64,000 nt of DNA from Raja brachyura (Eukaryota): contig OY740787.1 of assembly GCA_963514005.1 (NCBI GenBank), positions 64,232,001-64,296,000 on the forward strand, read 5' to 3'. The position numbers and the translations under genes were made by a program. Shown in pieces: positions 1-10,840 of the stretch; within the stretch, counting starts at the first letter, position 1; each line of letters begins with the position of its first letter. The notes under the pieces were generated by a model. That model worked only from the letters and a program-made list of their open reading frames with translations, did no database searches and was not told the origin of the DNA.

Positions 1-519
1 GTTTGAAACCATGCAAAACTAGCTTTTAATTGTACCTTGCTGATAATAAATCTAAACCTAAACTTAAATAACCCAAACTAGAAACAACAAACTGCAGAAG
101 CAGGTTTACATAAAAAGATACAAAGTGCTGGAGTAACTCAACGAGTTGGGCAGCATCTCTTGAGAACGTGAATAGGCTACGTTTTGGGCCAGGACCCTTC
201 TAAGGTTTACTCCAGCACTTTGTGACTTTTTTTAAACCATGTTCCCTAGAGATGCTGTTTGACCCACTGAGTCACTTCAGCACTTTGTGTCTTTCTTTTA
301 ACCCAAAGACTCTCTGGATGATAGAAATCTAATCTCGCTTCCACAGCATCGGCAGAATCAAAACTGAGAATAGCCTGGAAATTTAAACTGCAACTTTCTT
401 GGTTTATATGGTTCACACTCCCTCTTTAAATCATAATCATGATTATACATGATTAGATTAATTATACTTTATTAACCAAGTATGTTTTGCAACATATGAG
501 GAATTTGATTTGCCATACA

Positions 520-1190
520 AGTTCAAGTGAGTTTATTGTCATGTGTCCCTGATAGGACAATGAAATTCTTGCTTTGCTTCGGCACACAGAACATAGTAGG
601 CATTTACTACAAAACAGATCAGTGTGTCCATATATCATTATATAAATACATACACACATGAATAAATAAACTGATAAAGTGCAAATAACAGTTAACAGAT
701 AATGGGTTATTAATGATCATAGTTTTGTCCGAGCCAGGTTTAATAGCCTGATGGCTGTGGGGAAGTAGCTATTCCTGAACCTGGTCGTTGCAGTCTTCAG
801 GCTCCTGTACCTTCTACCTGAAGGTAGCAGAGAGATGAGTGTGTGGCCAGGATGGTGTGGGTCCTTGATGATGCTGCCAGCCTTTTTGAGGCAGCGACTG
901 TGATAAATCCCCTCGATGGAAGGAAGGTCAGAGCCGATGATGGACTGGGCAATACTACTTTTTGAAGTATTTTCCTCTCCAGGGCGCTCAAGTTGCCGAA
1001 CCAAGCCACGATGCAACCAGTCAGCAAGCTCTCTACTGTGCACCTGTAGAAGTTAGAGAGAGTCCTCCTTGACAAACCGACTCTCCGTGATCTTCTCAGG
1101 AAGTAGAGGCGCTGATGTACTTTCTTGATAATTGCATTAGTGTTCTCGGACCAGGAAAGATCTTCAGAGATGTGCACTCCCAGGAATTTG
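520..1190 (-). mobile_element. Rex1/Babar-type LINE, 3' fragment (RT C-terminal region plus 3' UTR), frameshifted
   Basis: Overlapping minus ORFs 797-1177 and 717-1043 read HISEDLSWSENT..QRLYFLRR..FYRCTVESLLTGCIVAWFGN and ..IIKDPHHPGH..LLPSGRRYRSLKTATTRFRNSYFPTAIRLLN, typical of fish Rex/Babar RT C-termini. Minus-strand tail ends ..gacacatgacaataaac near 530. Confidence 0.8.
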
Positions 1191-1570
1191 AATCATACCA
1201 ATAAAAAGCAACAGAACACACAAAATACATTTTAACATAAACATCCACCACAGTGACTCCTCCACATTCCTCACTGTGATGGAAGGCGAGAAAAAAGTTC
1301 AATCTCTCCCTTCTTCGTCCTCCAGCGGTCGGGGGCCTCGAACCTTCTGTTGACGGGACGATCTCACTCCCGTAGCCGGCGACGGACCTCCTCGTCGGGG
1401 CGATCAAGCTCCTTCATGGGGGGGATCTCAGCTCCCCCGCGCTGGGCAATCTACCGCGGGTCGGGGCTAGTCGAACGTCCTGCGGCTTTTGGAGCTTCCC
1501 GACATCGGTCACAACCCGAGATTGCGAGCTCCTTGATGTTAAAGTTTGCAGGCCGCGGTTGGAGCCGAGT
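1190..1570 (-). repeat. GC-rich interspersed repeat, partial copy (family related to 58963-59605)
   Basis: Reverse complement shares gccttccatcacagtgaggaatgtgg..gtggtggatgtttatgttaa and the gagcttgatcgccccga subrepeats with other copies in the window. Confidence 0.65.
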
Positions 1571-2279
1571 CATCATAAAGCTGGAACATTTTTAATAATA
1601 TTTAAATAAATGTTTTGTGACACAAAAACAATGGTTGTGCATAGCTGCACCTGTTCAGCCTGGTGTTAATTTACATTTCTTATGACTAATCCATCCATTG
1701 AAGTTCCTGTACCCATCTCTTTATTTGATTGAGGTAATCGTAATATATTTTACTATTATTTTTTCCGGTAATTTTATATTTCCCCTTCATCTTCCACCCT
1801 CTCTTTTTCTTTCACTTCGTTCCTCAAGTATTCATGTACCCTACATCACAGACTCTTCTGCTATCCATCTTCCAATGGATAGCAATGCAAATCGCTCCTT
1901 TCCTTTAACTGTTGCCAAACATCTACATTTATCCATGGAGTCTCAGCAAGATTTAGTTTCTGCTTTCCTTTTGGGAAAAAATATATATTTTCTGTAAAAT
2001 ACAAAGTGCTGGAGGCACTCAGCGGGCAAGGTAGCATCTGCGAAAGGAAATGGGCAAACAAAGTTTCGGCTTGGGACCCTTCTTCAGAACTGTGAAGCAG
2101 TCACCCTCGCCTCCCATCCCCCATAATTTTCCTTTAAAGTCACCAATGTAGAAATCTAATTACAATTTAGCATTAACATTGCATTATAGTGACACATCTA
2201 ACAGCCAGACATACTCATGAAATGTGTACACAATATATTGATAGCACATTGCTAAATATTTCTGTCCTTGTGCTCACAG

Positions 2280-2418
2280 CTTGGATAATGGTCGCTTGCT
2301 TGAATTTCTGGTAAATCAAGAGGAGCATTTGGAGGAGAAGGTTGCTTTTTACATTCGGGACACATTAGAGGCCCTCCAGTATCTACACAACTGTAGGGTT
2401 GCGCACTTGGATTTAAAG
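2280..2418 (+). CDS. KALRN: Kalirin, penultimate coding exon (Ser/Thr kinase domain, catalytic-loop region)
   Basis: cacag| acceptor and AAG|gtagga donor. Translation LDNGRLLEFLVNQEEHLEEKVAFYIRDTLEALQYLHNCRVAHLDLK matches the recalled Kalirin kinase (EEKVAFYIRD..EALQYLHNCRVAHLD.K). Confidence 0.93.
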
Positions 2419-2699
2419 GTAGGATTTCAATTAAAGTTTAAAAAACTAATCAATATATTATTCTTCCACCACAGATCTATACTTTCTGAAATTATATTAG
2501 ATTTGTATTTTAATTTATTTGGTTATAGGAGTTTGTTTATTTTGTGCGAACAATGCACTTTAAAAAAATCTTTTGTGACAACTGGATGTTGGTAACAAGG
2601 TCAGAACAGTATTTATTGCCCTTATCTAATTGCTCAATGAGGTGATGGTGAGTTATTCTCTGAAGCAACTGGAATTCTTTTGGTGTTAATCTGAATTAT

Positions 2700-3235
2700 C
2701 AAAGGTTTCAAAGATCTTTTATTGTCACGTACCAATTGAGGTACACCATACAGCCAGACTAAAAAAAGCAACAAAACTCACAACTACATAAAAGTTAACA
2801 TAAACATCTACCACGGCAGATTCCCCACATTCCTCACAATAAGGTCTAATCTTCTTCCCTAATTTTCTCCCGCGGTCGGAGCAGTCGAACCATCCCCAGT
2901 CGGGGCGATCGAAGCTCCCGCAGCTGCCAATCGAAGACCCCGCTTTCGGGGCGATTGAAGCTCCCACGTTGGGGCAATTGAAACTCCCGCGTCGGGCGGT
3001 CGAAGCTCCTGCAGCTTGGAACTCCCGAAGTCAGTCTCTAACCAGGGATCGCAAGCTCCACGATGTTAAGTCCTCAGGCTCCCACATTTGGAGCTTCCGA
3101 GGTCGATCCCTGGTAAAGGGATCGTCAGCTCCGCAATGTTAAGTCCACAGGCTCCCGCAGTTGGAGCTCCCGGTCGATCTCCAGCAGAGTCCGCCAACTC
3201 TTCGATGTTGGGGGCACAGTGCGGGCGGAGACACG
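2700..3235 (-). repeat. GC-rich interspersed repeat copy (family of 58963-59605)
   Basis: Begins with the reverse complement of the tail (tttattgtcacgtaccaatt.aggtaca) and contains repeated gatcgaagctccc subunits. Confidence 0.7.
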
Positions 3236-3420
3236 TTTCAGTTTTTTATTTGTAATAAAATTTGGAAACCATGTATAATTTTCCTTCCACTTCACAATTA
3301 TGCACCACTTTGTGTTCGTCTATCACATAAATCCCAATAAAATACATTTACGTTTGTGGTTGTAACGTGACAAAATGTGGAAAACTTCAAGGGGTATGAA
3401 TACTCTTGCAAGCCACTGTA
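3236..3420. mobile_element. Tc1/mariner terminal remnant (one terminal inverted repeat end)
   Basis: Ends ..caaaatgtggaaaacttcaaggggtatgaatactcttgcaagccactg-TA, the CACTG+TA terminus typical of fish and amphibian Tc1 elements. Confidence 0.7.
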
Positions 3421-3467
3421 TGTCCCCAGGTTCTTGATTCCCCTACTCTAGTGGTGATTCACCTACT

Positions 3468-3782
3468 TTACAGCACAGTGGTGCAGCGATAGAGTTGCTG
3501 CTTTACAGCACCAGAGGCCCAGGTTCGATCCTGAATTCGGGTGCTGTCTGTACGGAGTCTGTACGTTCTCCCTGTGACCATGTGGGTTTCCTCCGGGTGA
3601 TCTGGGTTTCCTCCCACACTCCAAAGATGTACAGGTTTGTAGGTTCATTAGCTTCAGTAAATTGTTGTAAAATTGTCCCTAGTTTGTGTAGGTCAGTGTA
3701 CATGGTGATCGCTGGTCAGCACAGACTCGGTGGGCCGAAGTGCCTATTTCCACCCTGTATTTCTGAGGTCTAAAGTAAAGTC
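3468..3782 (+). mobile_element. HE1-type tRNA-derived V-SINE
   Basis: A/B-box-like head (gcacagtggtgcagcg..ggttcgatcc), V-SINE core (gtgggtttcctccgggtg..tttcctcccacactccaaaga) and ctaaagtaaag tail. Confidence 0.85.
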
Positions 3783-3888
3783 TACTCTTGGGAAAAGACT
3801 GTGCATGTACCCTATCTATTCCTCTCATAATCTTTTACACGGTTATTTATTAATTTTTATCATTAATTATTATGTTCCCTTCTAACAG

Positions 3889-4434
3889 CCAGAAAACCTG
3901 CTGATTGACTTTCACACACCTGTGCCACGTGTCAAGCTTATAGATTTAGGTGATGCTGTTCAAATCACAACTTATTATTATATACATCAGTTGTTAGGAA
4001 ATCCTGAATTTGCTGCTCCTGAAATAATCCAGGGAACACCGGTTTCACTAAGCACTGACATCTGGAGCCTTGGCGTCCTGACGTATGTGATGTTAAGTGG
4101 AGTATCTCCCTTCCTGGACGAGAGCATCGAGGAGACGTGCATGAACATTTGCCGTCGGGATTTCAGTTTTCCCGATGAATATTTCCAGGGAGTCAGCTAC
4201 GTGGCCCGAGACTTCATAAGGGCTCTGCTTCAGGGGGACTTTCGTTGGAGACCCACAGCTGCCACTTGTTTACAAAACCCTTGGCTACACCCTCAGAATG
4301 ACAGTTACTCCACTGCCCCACTGGATACCTCACGGTTGGCCTTGTTCATTGAGCGCCGTCGACATCAAAATGATGTTCGGCCTGTCAGCAACGTGAAGGG
4401 CTTCCTACCTAGAAATCTTGGATCAAGGATGTGA
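3889..4434 (+). CDS. KALRN: Kalirin, last coding exon (kinase C-lobe to stop)
   Basis: tctaacag| acceptor, in phase with the previous exon (HLDLK|PENLL). Reads PRVKLIDLGDAVQI..LLGNPEFAAPEIIQG..DIWSLGVLTYVMLSGVSPFLDES..LDTSRLALFIERRRHQNDVRP..SRM*. The C-terminus is Kalirin-like, and synteny with UMPS supports KALRN over TRIO. Confidence 0.93.
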   Translation, partial: PENLLIDFHTPVPRVKLIDLGDAVQITTYYYIHQLLGNPEFAAPEIIQGTPVSLSTDIWSLGVLTYVMLSGVSPFLDESIEETCMNICRRDFSFPDEYFQGVSYVARDFIRALLQGDFRWRPTAATCLQNPWLHPQNDSYSTAPLDTSRLALFIERRRHQNDVRPVSNVKGFLPRNLGSRM

Positions 4435-5558
4435 AGCATCAGTGACAAGTGAATACTCAATCACTATTGTGAAGAACTTCCGAGAATAGTTTTACTCCGC
4501 ACGCTGCTGGAAGGGCAAGGCTAGGAAAAATCGAAATAGATTTAAACAGATTTACATTACACTAGAATCATGTACATAGAATGTTTCTGACGTAGCATCC
4601 TTGGAAAGTAGGTCAGCAAAGTTTGATTTATTTACTTTAGTTTTGAAGGGGAATTAATTTTAATGCAAAACTAAACTCTTACAGATTTTATGTGCTGGAT
4701 GTTGAATAGGGAATGCTGAGAAACTGGAAAAAACTTTTGATGAAATTTGAACTTTGTAGATGTAGTAAAGGAATTATGTTGTAGTCCTTTACAATAACAT
4801 CATCTATGAGGTTCCAATAGAGGAAATGCACTGGCACCTGTACAATTCAGGAAATTGTGACACAGGTTTTTTTCTGTTGCTGTGCAGCAGGGCACCCATG
4901 GTCTCCTGAAGTACAGGCCTGCTCAGACTGCCTCCTTCAGCAGCATATGTTCAGATAGTTGAAATTGTGAATCAGTTCAGTGTTGTCAAGGAATCAAAGA
5001 AACCTTTGGCTGCCCAAGTTCACTTTTCCTTGGAGTCTGGGAGGCCTTGGATGCTTTGCCAAAGTTGCCTCCCTTTGGCAGGCAGCCATTCATGCATTCA
5101 TTCATCACTAACCACATACACAAACCTCAGTCGTAAACAACAGATAGCAATCATGGCAGGAACAGTAGCTACTTTCTCGTACTTCCTCCCTACCTCAACC
5201 GTGCCATCTCTACTCCACCTGGGTTAACATCAATTATTTTGACAGTGATTGCCACTAATACCCACTCCACCCTGGTTTATATCAGTTAATTTAACAGTGA
5301 TCATTAACCTGACGCTTTTAATGTTAACTTTAGATTAAGTAAACAAAGCCTGTGCTGTCTTTCGTTTGGAAGAATGTGAGATGATCTCACTGAAATGCTT
5401 ATGGAGTTTGACAGGGTAGATGTGGAATTGATATTTCCCCTTGCAGGGAGAGGGGGTATAGAACTAGGGCTAATAATCTCAAAATAAGGTCACACTGAAT
5501 GGCAGATCAAGCACTAGAGGCCGAATAGGCTTTGCCTGCTTGTGCTTATGTTGTAAAC

Positions 5559-7175
5559 AAGTGGCTGAACTGCACATGATGTGCCATGACTTTAATTCAC
5601 TGTGCATTTAGAAAGTTTAAAGCTCCCCACAAAAGGTTTCTGAAAGCTGCCTTGTCATTTAAATTTAGTTTTTAAAAAAATTCGATCTGATGTTAGTTAA
5701 TTTTAAATGATTTTACTAAAGTTTATTATTTGGTGTTAAGAAAAGCAACTGTAATACACCATTCTGCAGTTTCATCTTCCCTTCATTTCTATGAACTTGG
5801 TTAATTTAAATGTGACCTATTAAAGTAGCCTTAGGAATGTTGTGCGTACGATTCTGTGGGGTAAACAAGAAACAATACCAGAGAAAATGAATTGAAATGT
5901 TGGTGGAGATCCCATGCATCTGCAATTTTCTTTCTCCACCTCTAACGCTTATAGATGGGAAGGTACATTTGTTGGCTTGTTGTGCAAATGAGCCTATACT
6001 AGTGGAATATTTGCAATTAGGAGTAACTTTCATGTCGCATTTGCCATAGTTTTCTATGAGTGAAAACTGATCACCCCAATAAACAATGGCTTTAATATTG
6101 CAGTAAGAATAACAGTGCAGTAATCAGTGCTCAGAGCTCTGAAGGAAAAAAAATTCAGAGAGCAATTTCCATGGGTAGTCTGCAGCTGTGCAGTTGAATG
6201 CAATAAATAAGAAGTTACTGAAGGATTGTCCCAATCCCCTGCAGGGGATTCCCCTGCAGGGGATCCCAATCTGAACAGTATCTAGCCAAGCGACTTGGTG
6301 TTCTTCCGCATGGAAGTGTACATTGTGGTATTCACTCACTAGGTACAAACGAAACATAGAACACATTGAGGCATGTAAGTGCATTTTAGTGGCATGGTGA
6401 GTCTTAATTAATGGCAAATAACTGTCATTGAAAATTTACTACTAGAAGTGCGACGTATCGCACCATTTGAAGTTCTTTTGCTATTCAACTTTTAGGATAT
6501 GGCAAGGTCAGTATTTATTACCTATTCTGAACTTTTCTTGGGTAGGTAAAGATAAGCCATTGTTTGAAACCACTGGAATCGTTTTGGGTTAAGGTCCATG
6601 TGGTTGGGTGGAAGGTCCAGAATTTAGCCACTATCATACTAAAGGAATGCCAAAGTATTTCCAGGTTATAGAGTCACAGAGTGATACAGTGTGGAAACAG
6701 GTCATTCGGCCCAACTCGCCCACACCGGGCAACAATGTCCCAACTGCACTAGTCCCAGTTGCCTGCCCTTGGCCCATATCCATCCAAACCTGTCCTATCC
6801 ATGTACCTGTCGAACTGTTTCTTAAGATAGGATAGTCCCAGCCTCAACTACCTCCTCTGGCAGCTTGTTCCATACACCCACCAAACGTTATGTGAAATTA
6901 TCATTTGATTATCGTTAGAGTTGTACATTTCTTTTGTTTTATGATTATCTTATTATTTCTTTACTTATGTTGTTATAAGTGGCTGAGCTGCACAGGATGT
7001 GCCATGACTTTAATTCACTGTGCATTTAGAAAGTTTAAAACAATTCCCGACAAAAGATTTCTGAAAGATGCCTTATCATTTAGATTTGGTTTAAAATTTA
7101 GTAAAAATATTTTTTGATCTATGACTTTAGTTAATTTTAATGAATTTTATGAAAATTATTATTTAACGTTGAAGG
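5559..7175 (+). repeat. Local direct duplication of ~180 bp (5559-5745 and 6977-7175)
   Basis: Both copies read aagtggctga.ctgcaca.gatgtgccatgactttaattcactgtgcatttagaaagtttaaa..tttctgaaag.tgcctt.tcattta.attt. Confidence 0.8.
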
Positions 7176-9253
7176 AATGCCAACACATTTCCAGGTTAAT
7201 TATTGTTAGAGATTGATGTTTCTTTTGTTTTATGTTTACCTTATTCTTTCTTTTATTCACTTTATTTCACCTTCGATACAGGACTTGATAATGCATTATA
7301 ACAGGTATTTCTTGGTTCAGACTCAGATGCCTCAGCAAAGATTCATCAATCTGATGGGTTAAGGAGATCCCTAGTAGAGAGTGATGTGTGTAGCTTTCAT
7401 CTAGGGTAACTGGTAGGTAATGTTGATTCACCGATGACAGGAAGACTGAGGACATTATATCCAATTCTTTATTGAAATGATAGATGATGGGGTTAACCCT
7501 AAAGTAACTCTGTGAACAGGTTCACATACATTTTAAGACCCTATCTAAATTGATATTTGCCAAGTTAGATTTGGCATACTAGATAAGATGTAATGATCAC
7601 ATTTCTTATTTATTGAAGGTCTATTTTAGAATGAATATTTAGAATTACACAAATTCTTTGTTCATCTGTCAAAAAAAATCTGTTTTCACCTGATCTGCTT
7701 ATTAATATCAGAATAACTGCAATTTAAACATATACTTGTTTCTTGCAATCATGATTGGACACTGTATTCAGGTGAACTATTCTCATTGTATTTACTTACC
7801 AACTAGACTAAGCCAAACTCTTTTGGTTTGATGAGCTTATCCACAGAACAACTGAACTATAAACTAGGAAGATGCCAAGTGTGATCATAGTCAGCAATGA
7901 GTGAGATTTTCTCAAATTGGATTCTGTCCGTCGAACTATAATTGATGTAAAAGTTACTGGGTTAGAGGGAAAGGTTGCCACTTCTAATGACTATCCATTG
8001 TTAGTTCCTGGCAGCCTACTTATGTGGTAGGTGCAATGGAAGGATTTCACTGCTGTCTCGCTCTATAGAGCTGGCCTCCCAGTTCCCACGTGTATATTAA
8101 CACACAAGAGTAGCCTATAAACACACAAAACTAATACCAGTAGATGTTATGTAGCTATAATTCAAGTTGAGGTACAGCAACATTTTCAAAATGAAAGAAA
8201 AATCTAATTATGTTTTGTGTGCGACAGCAATTCAACTGAATTTCAAGAGCTGCTGAATTCATTTTAACGATTTGAAAAATGGATACGGTATAATATCCAT
8301 GTATCATTATGTTACATTATAATAAAATGCTTAGCTTTTTTTTTCACATGACATCAAGACCATTTCTCCACCCTTTTCATTTCATTGGTCCAACTTTTCT
8401 CCTAATGGCATGAGCACAAATATTCCCCACCCTAAGAACGTAAGCACAAATATTTCCTACAAAATGGATACTGATAGATTTTTAATGCTGGAAATATGAT
8501 GAAGTGATGATTCTTCGGGTGATTTAGAAGGAGATGTTTACATTGTAAATAGTAAACAAAGCACACAATGACAAGTAGAAAATGCATACTCTGGTCGACT
8601 TCAACATAGTTTAATAAGTGTGACATTTGTAGGGTTTAGCTACTATCAGTCCAAGCATAAACAGACTGCAGATGCTGGAAATTGGAGCAAAAACTAAATC
8701 TGTTGGAAGAACTCAGAGGGTCAGGCAGCATCTTTGGAGGCAAAAGACAGTCAATATTTTGAAACCTTGTATCAGTCATAGAATCATATTCATACAGCAC
8801 AGTTGCAGGTCCTTCTAACCTAATCCCATTTACCCACATTTTACTCATATCTCCCTCAACCTTTCTTATCCATGTACCCTGAGAGTCACAGTTTCACTCA
8901 TCAGTTCCCCTAGCAGTTTGTTTCTTGCTAGGTACAAAAAGTTAATGTGTTGTAAAATCGATAAGGAGCTTGTACATTCTACATTTACAAAAGCTACCAA
9001 ATATTAACAAAAGCAATTTAAATGCCGCATAAAATCAGTGTGCTTACAGAACAGCGGGAAGTGACATTCTAATGGCAACTGCTCTTCACAACTGATTATA
9101 CAAGAAGAATGATTGAAATTTACCGCAAGGAAGTGGTCATGTTTTTCCTTAAGTCCATGCCGAACAAAAGTGAAGCTCTTTAGCTTACTTGCAGTTCCCT
9201 GCCCTTAGTTCACAAAATGGTGGGTAAAAAGCTCTTCAATGATTGCGCAGATA

Positions 9254-9647
9254 CAGGTCCACCGCTGATTTTCCAGCACCCTTGGTTCGAGAGCCTTTCT
9301 GGATTATCTGTTTTACCGGACCAACAGAGGTCACAGCCTCTGGGAGGAGTCCAACGGTACCAAAACGGTCTGCTGGCAGGCAAAGTCGGCCTCAGAAGTC
9401 GGCGATGGTAACGGATCTGCCGGCTCTGGCTGGGCCAGAGTTCCAGAGCTTCAGCCACAGGGGGCAAATTTGACCCACCGATCAGCCACAGGAGTCCTGA
9501 TGACGTAGATATCAGCAGCCTCACCTGGCTTGGGTGCCACATTTTTGGCGGGACCTCCGGGAAAGATTTCAAAAACACTCTTGTAGTTTTGTCCGGATTA
9601 AAGGAGGTGCCAGACCACCAGTTGCCATTAAATTGATGGTGGACCCG
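9254..9647. mobile_element. Non-autonomous Tc1/mariner-superfamily element (MITE)
   Basis: TA-caggtccacc at the left and ggtggacccg-TA at the right (10-bp inverted ends, 1 mismatch, TA duplication); GC-rich noncoding interior. Confidence 0.55.
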
Positions 9648-10576
9648 TATCTTGAACCATTTGATGCCTTCACCATGCTTTCAGGCAGTAAGTTCCAGAT
9701 CATGTTCAAAAGTTGTAGGAGCAGAATTAGGCCATTCGGCCCAACAAGCCTACACTGCCATTCAATCATGATGTATCTTTCTCTCTCAACCCCATTCTCC
9801 TGCCTTCTCCCCATAACCCCTGACCACCTCCCAAACCCCCTCATTCCTCATAAACACTTCAGGGGAAATTATTTTGCCTCAAATTCCCTCAAATCCTTTT
9901 ACTAATTAATTAAAATAGGTTTCCTGGTCATTAACATATTTGCTTTCGGGAATCTATCACTCCTATTCCCCTTTTTAAGCTGTTCATAATTGTATACACT
10001 ATTAAATCTCTGCTCTGCTTCAAAGAAAACAACCCAGCCTACTCGACCTTTCCCTATAATTATAGTTCTTCAGCCATAATATCAGTATTCATATCTTCTC
10101 CAGCACCTCTAGTGCCGTCAAATTTCCTGTAATTCAAAGACCTCTTCTAAGTATGTGGTCTCACTAGTGTTTCATACAATTCTAGCTTCAACTTGAAAAT
10201 AAAAATTAAATTGCAGGTGGTAGAAATATGAGACAAAAACGCAAAACGTTGCAAACACTCAGCAAGTCGGACAGCATCTGTAGAAACTAAGATAATGCTT
10301 CAAGTCAAAGTATTTGTCACAACTGGGAAAATATTAACTGTCTTTACTGGGAACTTTAATTATTTTTCTGTTCCCACAGATGATGCTGCCTAATCTGCTG
10401 TGTGGTTCCAACATTTTATGGTTTTGGTTTAGATTAGTTTGCTCTTTTGTTCTTTTTACATTAACTGTGGAAAGTACCCTGTGTGCTGCCTCAACTACCG
10501 TATCTCCCTATACCCAACCTTCATGAACCTGTGTTCGTGTGCTCTGAGATCCTTCTGCTTCTCTTACTTCTAAGTC

Positions 10577-10840
10577 AGCGGCACGGGGCTCCGGCAGTGC
10601 AGCGGTAGAGTTGCTGCCTTTCAGCGCCAGAGACCCGGGTTCGATCCCGACTGCAGGTGCTGTTTTTTCTGAGATTTTTGGTTTCCTACCACACTCCAAA
10701 GACGTACAGGTTTGTAGGTTAATCAGCTTGGTATAAGTGGAAATATACCTAGAGTGTATAGGACAGTGTTAACGTGCGGGGAGTGCTGGTCGGTGCGGAC
10801 TCGGTACAGTGCGGGCGCTATATCTCCAAACTAAACTAAA
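10577..10840 (+). mobile_element. HE1-type V-SINE, internally deleted
   Basis: gcagcggtagagttgctgcc..gggttcgatcccgact..ccacactccaaagacgtacaggtttgtaggttaat..ctaaactaaa. Confidence 0.8.

Noticed and set aside
2419-2595. ORF-track extension of the KALRN kinase exon (VGFQLKFKK..)
   Set aside because: Read-through into the intron past the AAG|gt donor; kinase homology resumes at 3889.
3468-3545. tRNA-like A/B boxes here and in similar copies
   Set aside because: They are SINE heads followed by the V-SINE core, not complete tRNA cloverleafs.
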